Source: a virus (taxonomy: Duplodnaviria > Caudoviricetes). From it: 64,000 nt of DNA. Location of the stretch: positions 1 to 64,000 of the IMG/VR virus record IMGVR_UViG_2615840717_000004; one strand, written 5' to 3'. Below, piece after piece: positions 9,416 to 18,326 of this stretch (within the stretch, counting starts at the first letter, position 1; every line of letters starts with the position of its first letter). A program made the position numbers and the translations under genes. The notes under the pieces are model-generated. The model was not told the origin of the DNA, did no database searches, and saw only the letters and a program-made list of their open reading frames with translations.

Positions 9416-9883
9416 TCAGGTGTTGTTCCAGGTGGCGTTGGTGCCACGCCCGTCCACGTGGATGAAACTGCGGTAAAGGCCGAGACCACCGCGGAATGCG
9501 CCGTACTCGCGCTGGATGCAGAGCCAGTCAAAACAGGCTTGCGGGGTGATGCCCGGACAGCTCAGATCCAGCGCGGTAAACTTCAGGTGCTGGCTGCGGG
9601 AGGCTCCACCAATAGCCGTGTTGTAGGCCGTATTACGGTAGGCAGAGAGAATGACAACCGGACGTCCGAAGTGTTCTCTTATTCTATCCGCCATGGTGAT
9701 GGCGGGGACAACATTGGGCCAGAGCTCCGCAGGCGGATCTGTGTTGAGACCGTATCCACGATGCCCCGGTGTCTCATGCGCTTGCCCTTTGCTCAGCAGC
9801 TCATGTGGTGAAAAATGGCGCAAGTTGAGCCCTTCGCAGAAGGCGGCAAAGCCCTCCACGCTTTTAAGTTCAGTGATGATCAA
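9416..9883 (-). CDS. Peptidase M15A endolysin
   Basis: SAYR..YN..IGGA..SQH....ALD and FIHVD zinc-peptidase motifs. Confidence 0.88.
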   Translation of the reverse strand: MIITELKSVEGFAAFCEGLNLRHFSPHELLSKGQAHETPGHRGYGLNTDPPAELWPNVVPAITMADRIREHFGRPVVILSAYRNTAYNTAIGGASRSQHLKFTALDLSCPGITPQACFDWLCIQREYGAFRGGLGLYRSFIHVDGRGTNATWNNT

Positions 9884-9898
9884 GGGAATTTCTCCAAT

Positions 9899-9924
9899 AA
9901 AAAACCCGCCTCGGAAGGCGGGTG
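9899..9924 (-). terminator. Intrinsic terminator-like hairpin just upstream of the endolysin RBS
   Basis: ACCCGCC-TTCCGA-GGCGGGT followed by a T run. Confidence 0.7.
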
Positions 9925-10244
9925 AGCAGTTACTTTAAAGATTAAGGTGTGCAAATTGCAAATGCACATCCCTTTAATTCGCAGGGGGTACGTTTAAATA
10001 CTATAAATTTTATTATGCAACATTACTTACACAAATAAACTAACGAAAGAGAGGTAATCTTATTCAAATTAAATCCAGTAATCAGCAAAATCGTAGCTCC
10101 CTCTCGCGATGAGAACAAACATCGCGCGGAGATTAGTAAGCTCGGCCAACAACTAAGAGATGAATAATTCGGAATGACCCACTATGTTAGAAGTGTGGTG
10201 AGGGGGATGGATGGCCCATCCCCACCACAAAAGGAGAAAGCGAT

Positions 10245-10325
10245 ATGAAGCTTCAATTCTTCGCAATTCTCCTTCAGATTATCGTGGGCTTGATGCTCCT
10301 AGTGAACATCATACACCATTGGTAA
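10245..10325 (+). CDS. 26-aa hydrophobic peptide MKLQFFAILLQIIVGLMLLVNIIHHW
   Basis: AAGGAG RBS, single TM helix; below the ORF-track size cutoff. Confidence 0.6.
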   Translation: MKLQFFAILLQIIVGLMLLVNIIHHW

Positions 10326-10390
10326 CCTGAAGCCGGTAGTCCCTCTCTAGCACAGGGGGACTACTTGGCTTTCAATATAGGAGCACAATC

Positions 10391-10483
10391 ATGTCAACGC
10401 AAGATAAACTGGCAATCGCCTCTATCGGTCTTTCCATCGTGATCCTAATTCTGATCGGGTTCAATTTCGGTTGGTTTTCGTAA
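10391..10483 (+). CDS. 30-aa hydrophobic peptide MSTQDKLAIASIGLSIVILILIGFNFGWFS
   Basis: AGGAG RBS, single TM helix. Confidence 0.6.
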   Translation: MSTQDKLAIASIGLSIVILILIGFNFGWFS

Positions 10484-10524
10484 TTCCTTGAGCCCGAAAC
10501 ATCTTTGAGTATGCTGAGCTAACG

Positions 10525-11517
10525 CTATGCCGCTTTGGCCCTGCCTTCGATTTCGGTTATCAGACCACCGCCTTTTGAGTAGGTGTGCGTCACGCTTTCA
10601 GCGATGAACTCCAGCCCATCGACGCCCGGTCGCACGCCGACATAGGAGAACGGTTGTCCGGCCAGAAATTCAGGTCTGCCCTCGATCGTGACAGCTGAGG
10701 TCACCTCACCGCGCAAAAGCTCTTTCGCCCGCGCTTTGGCAGCTTCTCTTGCCTCGCTTTCAGAGCTGAAAGTCTCACGGATCTTGTAGGTGCCCTTTCC
10801 GTCCTTATCGCCTTTTGCCTCCACTCCAACGCGCCTGGCTTTATTCGGGTCCTGGTAATAGGCTTTAATCGTCTTATAGCGGCCACGGTCGCCAAACCGC
10901 ACCCGGCAGGAACCTTCAATGATCTGGGATGGGATAATGGTTTGAACCGGCAGCTCTTTTCCACCTGCGCTTTTGCCAGTGCCTTTTTCAGCAAAAACGA
11001 GCCGCCCATCTTTGATCGCAAACAAGGCTCCATGACGCCGGGCAAGGCGCTCCAGCAAGTGCATATCCGATTCACTTTGTTGACCAAGCCACTCATAAAC
11101 GTGGGCGGCAACACCATCATCAATGACAGGCTTCAAGCCATGCTCTCCGGCAATCTGCTTTACAATGTCTTTGACGGACTTATTGTCGAAATGGCGCTCT
11201 TTCTGGGTCTTCAGCTCCTCAGTCACATCCGCGCCAGTTCCTGGCACGTTGAGAAGGTACGGCAAGCACTGCACTTCAACTTCGCTAGCGGTATACTCGC
11301 CCTTGTACACCAAGCCACCGGCCTCATACCCCATCCAAACCTTGATCTTGGCTTTCGGCTTTGGCAACTCGACAAAGGGCGGCCCGTCCTCCAGCTCAAG
11401 ATCAACAGTATCTGAGCGTGTTCCTTCCCGATCCACCACACGAATAGAAATCAAACGTTGCAGAAACAGACCTGAGACCGGCTTGCCATCAATGGTAACT
11501 TTTACGATTGGCCGCAT
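10525..11517 (-). CDS. Phage late control / baseplate hub protein (P2 gpD family)
   Basis: Q..ESD..LL.RLA motif; position after tail X. Confidence 0.88.
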   Translation of the reverse strand: MRPIVKVTIDGKPVSGLFLQRLISIRVVDREGTRSDTVDLELEDGPPFVELPKPKAKIKVWMGYEAGGLVYKGEYTASEVEVQCLPYLLNVPGTGADVTEELKTQKERHFDNKSVKDIVKQIAGEHGLKPVIDDGVAAHVYEWLGQQSESDMHLLERLARRHGALFAIKDGRLVFAEKGTGKSAGGKELPVQTIIPSQIIEGSCRVRFGDRGRYKTIKAYYQDPNKARRVGVEAKGDKDGKGTYKIRETFSSESEAREAAKARAKELLRGEVTSAVTIEGRPEFLAGQPFSYVGVRPGVDGLEFIAESVTHTYSKGGGLITEIEGRAKAA

Positions 11518-11520
11518 GAT

Positions 11521-11775
11521 TTAATCCCAGAGCTTGAGAGTGGTTGCGGCACCGTTCTGGCTTAAAATCGGCATGGAGATTTTGGTTCCGCGCGGCACCA
11601 TCTGCGCAAGATCTACAAGATGCGTGTTGGCATTCAGCACCGCTTCAACGCTGCCTTTTGTGTGTCCGTAATATCGCGAGCAGATCAAGTCCAACGGACG
11701 ATCCATGTCCACTTTAATCAGTTCCGCCAAAGGTGCCTCACAAACAGAGTTAGAAGATCGAAGCGACTGCCCCAA
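11521..11775 (-). CDS. Tail protein X (P2 gpX family)
   Basis: LDLICSRYYG...VEAVLNAN motif; start uncertain. Confidence 0.85.
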   Translation of the reverse strand: MGQSLRSSNSVCEAPLAELIKVDMDRPLDLICSRYYGHTKGSVEAVLNANTHLVDLAQMVPRGTKISMPILSQNGAATTLKLWD

Positions 11776-12178
11776 TCACATTTAAAAAGCTGCCCGGATA
11801 GGCCAGCAATTCGATGGAGTATTCATTTTGCCCCGGCGTACCGATCCGGTCGTGAAGGCTTTGAGTTTCCTCCACTCCTTGGATTGTGTGAGTGCCAAAC
11901 ACCCGCCCACCAATAGAGACCAACATGAGTGGCACGCCCTGCCTGGCTGCAAGACGCACACCATCAAGCGTTGTTTGCCCGCCAAATTCCTGCGGGAATA
12001 AAACACCGTTGATGAGGATGGTTTCAGAGCCCGGTCCAGTCCACTGCTGGGCATCCATGCGCCCGGCAGTTTCCAAAGTTGACCAACGGGTTTCCAGTGA
12101 TCGTTCAATATCAGTGTAGCCAAAGCCGTGCGCATGGAACATAAACGGCCCAAGCGCCATGGGAATTGGTCCAGCCAT
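11750..12178 (-). CDS. Tail protein (P2 gpU family)
   Basis: MALGPFMF, QWTGPG..I.I.GVLFP motifs. Confidence 0.88.
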   Translation of the reverse strand: MAGPIPMALGPFMFHAHGFGYTDIERSLETRWSTLETAGRMDAQQWTGPGSETILINGVLFPQEFGGQTTLDGVRLAARQGVPLMLVSIGGRVFGTHTIQGVEETQSLHDRIGTPGQNEYSIELLAYPGSFLNVIGAVASIF

Positions 12179-12222
12179 AGCACCCCCTTCCAGTTTGCTT
12201 TTTTAAGAAGAAGACTTCCCGC

Positions 12223-15200
12223 CTAGATGCCACCATCTGAATGGTACTGACGGATCGCCTTAACGGTCTCACGGCCCACGTCCCTACCCAGTGAGCGCGC
12301 ATCTCGGCCACTACCACCAGGTACATGCACGTGAAGCTCTCCAACCAGAGGGGCACTGCGGGCTGATCCGCCAGCCCCTTGCTGCTGAACAGCTGGCGGG
12401 GTGAACAGAGCTGCCTGAGTGGGTGGTTGCGGTAAAGACAAGCCAAGAGGCATTGCAATCGCGGCAGATGCTGCAAGCGCTCGGATCTGCTTCAGCTGAT
12501 TGTTGTTGGAAACATATTGGCCTTTATCGGTCCAGATGTATTCCGGCCCGTTTTCTCCAACAAGAGCAGGCCCACGACCTGTTACACCACCCTTCGCAAA
12601 AGCCGGCACAGGCTTAGCCTGAGGCATAGCCATTTGCACGGCCACTGCTTTAATCTGGTCTGCCTTTTGCTGCAAAGCCTGGGCAATCTGAGAGGCTTGC
12701 AATTCCTTTTCCAGCTTTGCAATGGTTTGTGTCAGCTGCTCGCGCATACGGTTCAGGGTCATGAGCTGAGACGCCTCTAAAGGTGTGCCCTTTACCTTAG
12801 CAATCTTGTCATCAACGAACGCCAGCTTTTCCTTGGCGGTCGCCAGATCCCCAGCGAAAGCATTCTGGGTTTTGGTTTCGCGCGGTCCATAAATCTGATC
12901 GCGGATCGCAGTCAGTTCTTTTGGCGTTTCTGCCAGCGGATTATAGCGCTGCCACCAATCCTCTCGCGTATCCCAATACTCATCCTGTTTTTGCTGGAGC
13001 AGATCCGCCTTCTGACCAGCCTCGGCATGAGACGGAAATGCCTTTCCTGCCGCCCAATCAAGCCCGCCAGCCCCAGCTTCAGCAACCTCTCTATAAGCCA
13101 AAGCACCGGTTACAGCTCCTGCCAGCCTGCCTGCCTTACCAAGAATGCCACCAACGGAACTCCAAAGACCTTTTTTTGCCTTTCCTGCTGAGCCTGTCTT
13201 TTTGCCGGTGCCATCTGCACCTTCACCAAGCAACACCTCCCCTAGAAGACTGGAAGCGCGGCGCCCCTTGATGGTACTGGTGGCCATCTTCAGACCAAAC
13301 GCAGCAACCGTTGCGGTTGCAACCAGCGTAGTCAACGCCCCGCCCACGGCAACCAGTCCAGCCACAACAGCTGCAATCGTACCAGCAAGCTTGGCTTGAT
13401 CCGGGTTCTCACGCACCCATTGCCGAAGTGGTGCCAGGAACTCCCGGATACTTTTGGAGACAGCCCGCACAACGGGCAGCATGGTTTCCCCAAACTCTGC
13501 TTTAAGAGCATAAAGCTCATTGAACATCAGTTGCTGCTCATTTTGGGTCGTCGCTGAGCGAGACTTGAACTCTGCTTCCGCCGATCCTTTGTAACCTGCA
13601 TAGTCGTTATTGGGATCATACTGGCCATCATTTTCTACGAGCTTGTAGGTGTCTTTCAGCAACTGGACATTCGCAGTCAAACCGCCAAAAGCAGCCGCTT
13701 CCTGACCAAACAGCTTATTTTCAATCGCCAAACGGCGGTATTCTTCCACGCTTCCCAGCTTTTCAATCACCTTGAGCAAAGTACCAAAAGCGTCAACCTG
13801 CATATCCTTAGCAACCTGGACAGGGTCCATGCCAATTTCCTGAAAGGCCTCCCGCTTATCCTTGCTTAGGGTATCAGCACCGCTCAGAGTATTGATTACA
13901 TTCTTAAATGTAGTAGCAACAACTTCCGGCGCAAAATTACTCGCTATCATGGACGAGCCAAGTGCTAGCGTTTGATTTTGAGTAAAACCTGCTTTCCCAA
14001 ATCTGCCAGCGACACGAGAGAAGTAATTGAGCAGGTCAGGAGCCTGGGATGATGTCTTATTGGAAAGGTGGTTCACTGCATCAACATAATCCGACAGTCC
14101 GTCAAGATCCGTGCCTAAAGCAGTCTTCGTCTTTGCCAGAACTTTACCTGTCAGTCCGCCATCAAGATCGAATGCCACACCTGTTTTACCAGCAAGCTCC
14201 GTAAAACGCATCAGATCCTCCTTGGCAATGCCAGCTCCACTGCCCTCTTCCTGCAAGGCGAACAGCTCTGTCAAAGGCATGGCAATCTTCGTCGACTTAT
14301 CAATCGTCGCCTGTTTGAATTTCTTCTCTTCCTCCTCATTTTCAAAGGTGGTCTTGGCTTTCACACCCGCAAAAGCATCTTCCACATCAATCGCAACATC
14401 AACCGGATTGTACCAAGCTCGCAAAGCCCTTTGGCCACCATAGAAAGCCGCTGCCCCACCAGCACCAATAGCACCCGCCTTAACAGCCTTGCCCTTCATG
14501 GCCTGCTGTTTTTGCTCCCGCACCTGTGCAGCCTTCTTCTGCTGAGAGAGCTTGGTATTTTGCGCATCGATCGCTTCACTGGTTTTGTCCATCGCAGCGG
14601 TGAGCTTACGCTCTTCTGCCGTCAGGTCCTTCACGTTCATGCCAGCTGAACGCAGACCGTTTTTCATATCTGTAAGAGACTTAGAAACCTTCCTGGTCTC
14701 TCTTGAGAGCTTTTCAGCACCCTCCTCAGCCTGATGATAAGCCCGGCCAACTTTCTTAACTTCGCGCGTTGTACTGGCAAGTTGCTTGGAAAGGGTTTTG
14801 GCCTCTTGTCCAGCCTCTTTGGTTTCAGCATTAAGCCCAATCAGCTGTTCTTTCTGAGCAGCCCGAGTTGCTTTCAGGCCCTGCTCTTCTGCCTTTAATT
14901 CTGCAATAGCTGCTTTCAGACCATCAATCGGCTCTTTGGCTTTTTTCGCCGCCCGCATCTGCTCTTCAAGAGCTTTTCGCGCAGCCTGATTACTCGCCAG
15001 CTGTTTACTGGTTTCAGCTTGCTCAGCTTTAAGGCGTTGCATACGGTCGGCAAGCTGCCTCACCCGCTCACTTGCGGCTTCATAAGATCCCGCTAGTAAC
15101 GTCGCCTGATTATTCAAACCCGCCAGCTGCTCACGCCGTCCTGAGAGCGTGTCGTAAGCTGCTTTGGTTTTGCTCTTCAGGCTATCAAGCTGACCTTCCA

Positions 15201-15372
15201 GCTTCTTGAAGTCCCCGAGTTGGTTCATTTTGCTATTGAGGGTTTTAACCTCACGCACCCATAGCTCGGCAAACTTCTTAGCTGCTTGCGCACTTGCACC
15301 CGTGGTCTTTTGGAACTCGCGGGTCATATTGGAGACCACACGCAAGTTCAATTGGGTTTCAATCTTGCGCAT
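12223..15372 (-). CDS. Tail tape measure protein
   Basis: 1049 aa, coiled-coil N-terminus, DAVNHLSN and LFGQEA core, synteny. Confidence 0.92.
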   Translation of the reverse strand: MRKIETQLNLRVVSNMTREFQKTTGASAQAAKKFAELWVREVKTLNSKMNQLGDFKKLEGQLDSLKSKTKAAYDTLSGRREQLAGLNNQATLLAGSYEAASERVRQLADRMQRLKAEQAETSKQLASNQAARKALEEQMRAAKKAKEPIDGLKAAIAELKAEEQGLKATRAAQKEQLIGLNAETKEAGQEAKTLSKQLASTTREVKKVGRAYHQAEEGAEKLSRETRKVSKSLTDMKNGLRSAGMNVKDLTAEERKLTAAMDKTSEAIDAQNTKLSQQKKAAQVREQKQQAMKGKAVKAGAIGAGGAAAFYGGQRALRAWYNPVDVAIDVEDAFAGVKAKTTFENEEEEKKFKQATIDKSTKIAMPLTELFALQEEGSGAGIAKEDLMRFTELAGKTGVAFDLDGGLTGKVLAKTKTALGTDLDGLSDYVDAVNHLSNKTSSQAPDLLNYFSRVAGRFGKAGFTQNQTLALGSSMIASNFAPEVVATTFKNVINTLSGADTLSKDKREAFQEIGMDPVQVAKDMQVDAFGTLLKVIEKLGSVEEYRRLAIENKLFGQEAAAFGGLTANVQLLKDTYKLVENDGQYDPNNDYAGYKGSAEAEFKSRSATTQNEQQLMFNELYALKAEFGETMLPVVRAVSKSIREFLAPLRQWVRENPDQAKLAGTIAAVVAGLVAVGGALTTLVATATVAAFGLKMATSTIKGRRASSLLGEVLLGEGADGTGKKTGSAGKAKKGLWSSVGGILGKAGRLAGAVTGALAYREVAEAGAGGLDWAAGKAFPSHAEAGQKADLLQQKQDEYWDTREDWWQRYNPLAETPKELTAIRDQIYGPRETKTQNAFAGDLATAKEKLAFVDDKIAKVKGTPLEASQLMTLNRMREQLTQTIAKLEKELQASQIAQALQQKADQIKAVAVQMAMPQAKPVPAFAKGGVTGRGPALVGENGPEYIWTDKGQYVSNNNQLKQIRALAASAAIAMPLGLSLPQPPTQAALFTPPAVQQQGAGGSARSAPLVGELHVHVPGGSGRDARSLGRDVGRETVKAIRQYHSDGGI

Positions 15373-15540
15373 GGCATGCTCCAGTCTGATTTAGCTAGTG
15401 CTGAGAGGTCTCAAACGCTTCACGCTTGATCCTCTGGGCTTCATAAAAATAGTCGATGGCTTTTTGCGGTGATAATTGTTCCACGTGGCTGAGCGGCGTG
15501 GACAGGTGAGCGGCAATCTCTGCCGCCACCTGTAGCCAGC

Positions 15541-15849
15541 TTAAGCTTCTTCCGTCACCGCTTCCGCGTTTGGGTCTTCTCCCTCACCCGGTCTGCCGTC
15601 TGGTGGAAGGAACAGCGGGACTGTGAGCGTATCGCAGATGGTGTAGTCATAGAGCTTCAATCGCTTGATGACAGGCAGGCTCACATCAGCCATAGCGGCC
15701 AGCAACACTGCATTGCTCTCCAGAGTGTCTTTTTCAAACTTCTCTGCTGTGATCATGTCCGCAACGGTGGGTTCACGGAACACAAGCTCATTGTAAATCC
15801 GCCCGTCATGCTCAACAGGTTTGGTCAGTTTTACCGTAATCTGATCCAT
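15541..15849 (-). CDS. Tail assembly chaperone (gpE-like); -1 frameshift form ends at 15395
   Basis: LxFREPTVAD motif; lies between tube and TMP. Confidence 0.88.
   Translation of the reverse strand: MDQITVKLTKPVEHDGRIYNELVFREPTVADMITAEKFEKDTLESNAVLLAAMADVSLPVIKRLKLYDYTICDTLTVPLFLPPDGRPGEGEDPNAEAVTEEA
15568..15574 (-). other. -1 programmed frameshift heptamer C CCA AAC
   Basis: X XXY YYZ in correct phase; -1 frame open to TAG at 15395-15397. Confidence 0.75.
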
Positions 15850-15858
15850 CTTGATCCC

Positions 15859-16365
15859 TTAAAGCTGGAGAGCACTGCGGATGCTGTCATATTGCGACAC
15901 ACCGCCAATTTTCACGTCAAAATCATCCATCTCAACGATAGAAGCGCCATTGATTTCCAGTTTCATGGAGTGGACGGAAACCTGATAATCGGTCTCAGAT
16001 TTATCGCCGGGCTTCCAGCCACCGGCATCGACTTCACGCAGGAAGCCGCGCATGTAACAGGTGGCGCTGTGCGAGGTGCCATCCTCATCAACCAGCGCCC
16101 CAGTGGCCAAAAAGTCCTTCTCAACCCCAGCAGCCAGCCCGAAGAGTTTCAACGTCTCCGGGTCAAAGGCTGTCATTTTGAAGCTCATTTCCAGCTTCTC
16201 ATAACCAAGGACCACGTCACGCTCTTTGATCATGCCGGCATTGCGCATGCTCTCAGTTTTCACCGTGAGCTTGGGAATGGTGATTTCACTTGCATTGCCC
16301 ACTTTGGAATCGCGATCCACGAAAATGGTGCAGTTGCGCAAGATGTATTGCGGTGTCTCTTTCAT
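15859..16365 (-). CDS. Major tail tube protein (P2 FII family)
   Basis: 168 aa after the sheath; typical sequence. Confidence 0.9.
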   Translation of the reverse strand: MKETPQYILRNCTIFVDRDSKVGNASEITIPKLTVKTESMRNAGMIKERDVVLGYEKLEMSFKMTAFDPETLKLFGLAAGVEKDFLATGALVDEDGTSHSATCYMRGFLREVDAGGWKPGDKSETDYQVSVHSMKLEINGASIVEMDDFDVKIGGVSQYDSIRSALQL

Positions 16366-16374
16366 GGGGTTTCC

Positions 16375-17775
16375 TTAAACGGAGGTGGTCAGAACACCGT
16401 TCAAAAGTTCGGTGTAATAGGTGATGTTGCGGTGAGCGATGAAGCGGATATCTTCCATGGGAGCTGGCGGTTCAAAGTCCACGGCCAGCGTGATTTTGCC
16501 ACCTGCCATGGCTTCATTGGTGTTGCGTTCCATATCCAGCCAGACGCGACCACCAAGGATTGCCCCTTCGGCCTTGAGCTTGGCCATGAAGGCATTCCCG
16601 CTCTCAACCATGAACCGCAGGTTGGCTTTGGAGAACGGCTTGTCAACAAACTCCATGTAAGCGCTGAGGATGGCAGCATTGATAAAATCCGCCGTACGGC
16701 GCACAGACATAAAGCGCCAAAGATCATCCCCGCCAGAAAGCCGATTGCCCCAGGTCTTAAACCCTTCTCCATCATTGATGATGGTCGCAATCCCGCGTTC
16801 ATTGAGGTAGTCGGTCTGCGGTCCATAGGCAATTGGGCGGGACACTGCGGTGATGCCGTTGATTGGCTTATTGGAAAGTGACCACCAGAAGCCTTTGGTG
16901 CGATCCGTATTTGCCTGAACGCCGCAAAAGTAGGGCGCAGCCGGTTTGAACCGATTGGCGTTCAGATCCGTGTCCCAGTCACCCGCCTTTGGATCAACAA
17001 TGTAAATACGCGGATGGGCGTTCACTTCTTTAAAGTTCACCGCGTCTTGATCGGTGGTATCAGGTCCATCCACGATGCCAATGGCTTCCAGCTCATGCAG
17101 GACACCGCCCAGCTCGGCAATCACCGGATCACCGACCGCACCAATGTTAACTGTTGCAGTAGCCCCGTTACCATCCCCTTCAAAGGTAATGGCTGCATTG
17201 GTATAGCCTGACCCGCCTTTGGTGATCACAACCTCAGTTATCGCCCCTTCTGAGAGGATTGCAGTTGCTTCAGCCCCAGTACCATCGCCAGTGACTTTCA
17301 CCGTTGTGGCATCAGTGTATCCGGCCCCACCATTGGTCACGTTGATGGATTGCAGGCCCTTGTCTTCAAAACTGCCCGTAAAGCCGGGAATGGCAATGAG
17401 GCGTGGCTTCAGCCCATAAGCTGGCTGGCACTTCTTCAGTGCATGAATGCCCGTAAGTGCCGAGGCATCGCCAATCACGTTGGAAAGTGTTGCAGCTGCA
17501 TTTGCACCTTCTGCAACGCGGATCACAAACAGATAAGTGCCCACCTGTTTAAACACCGCATCCACACCATCACGTAGATTGCCTTCCCCAAGTTTTGCCG
17601 CCTTGCTCTGGTCTCCCAGCAGCAACACCGGCTCATTTAGGGGAAAGGCTTCTGCATCGGCCCCTTCAGCAGTACCAATCAACGCGATGGTAGAGGTTTG
17701 GGCAATTTCAATCAGGATCGGGTTTTCAGCGGATTCAAACACCCGCACCCCGTGATGAAAGCTGACATCAGCCAT
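16375..17775 (-). CDS. Tail sheath protein (P2 FI family)
   Basis: FHHGVRV, GFWWSLSN, WGNR, VRRTAD motifs. Confidence 0.93.
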   Translation of the reverse strand: MADVSFHHGVRVFESAENPILIEIAQTSTIALIGTAEGADAEAFPLNEPVLLLGDQSKAAKLGEGNLRDGVDAVFKQVGTYLFVIRVAEGANAAATLSNVIGDASALTGIHALKKCQPAYGLKPRLIAIPGFTGSFEDKGLQSINVTNGGAGYTDATTVKVTGDGTGAEATAILSEGAITEVVITKGGSGYTNAAITFEGDGNGATATVNIGAVGDPVIAELGGVLHELEAIGIVDGPDTTDQDAVNFKEVNAHPRIYIVDPKAGDWDTDLNANRFKPAAPYFCGVQANTDRTKGFWWSLSNKPINGITAVSRPIAYGPQTDYLNERGIATIINDGEGFKTWGNRLSGGDDLWRFMSVRRTADFINAAILSAYMEFVDKPFSKANLRFMVESGNAFMAKLKAEGAILGGRVWLDMERNTNEAMAGGKITLAVDFEPPAPMEDIRFIAHRNITYYTELLNGVLTTSV

Positions 17776-17787
17776 TCAAATCTCCAT

Positions 17788-17814
17788 AAAAAAATCCGAC
17801 CCAAAAGGCCGGAT
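17788..17814 (-). terminator. Terminator-like hairpin just upstream of the sheath RBS
   Basis: ATCCGGCC..GGTCGGAT followed by a T run. Confidence 0.65.
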
Positions 17815-17846
17815 ACGGATAAAACTCAAAGATGAGAGGCGCGGGT

Positions 17847-18278
17847 TTAGAACTGCTCTGTCAGAGCAACCACTTCAGGTGGGCACTCCGGCCAGCTCGC
17901 ATCCAGCGTAAAATCGGTGCCAGGACCTTCAGCAAGCTCCAGGCATTTGGAGCGCATAGCGCCCACCCAATCCAGAGCAGCCTTGGTGCTGGTCAAAAGC
18001 GTGGCTTCCTCAGCGCTTCGATCAGCAACGGCTTTGCCAGCAATGGCAGCAGCAGCCGTTGCCATGTTAATTTGAGTCTCAGAGCTTGCCTGCGCATAAA
18101 TGCGCTTGCGGCATTCCGCTTTGATGGTTGTAAGACGAGCACCTTTTTGGGCTTCATCAATGGCGGCCTGAGGCACGCCAGCAGCTTTTAGCTCTGCTTC
18201 GCCCCAGGCGATGAAAGATCGGCCTGCATGCTTCAGACTCAGGCTCTGGCCTTCAGGTTGATCGTAGTAATCTGACAT
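17847..18278 (-). CDS. Tail fibre assembly-type protein
   Basis: IKAECRKRI...W..AMR...WP pattern; follows fibre genes; start uncertain. Confidence 0.6.
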   Translation of the reverse strand: MSDYYDQPEGQSLSLKHAGRSFIAWGEAELKAAGVPQAAIDEAQKGARLTTIKAECRKRIYAQASSETQINMATAAAAIAGKAVADRSAEEATLLTSTKAALDWVGAMRSKCLELAEGPGTDFTLDASWPECPPEVVALTEQF

Positions 18279-18326
18279 AGTTTTACTCTCGTGATAGAGG
18301 GGCAAAAAAGGATGACTGATTTAAGC

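Noticed and set aside
15808-16881. 357-aa + strand ORF antisense to tube and sheath genes
   Set aside because: Shadow of GC-biased structural genes with no coupling to neighbours. It does show that shadows of ~350 aa arise by chance here, so length alone is not the evidence for the bridge ORFs.
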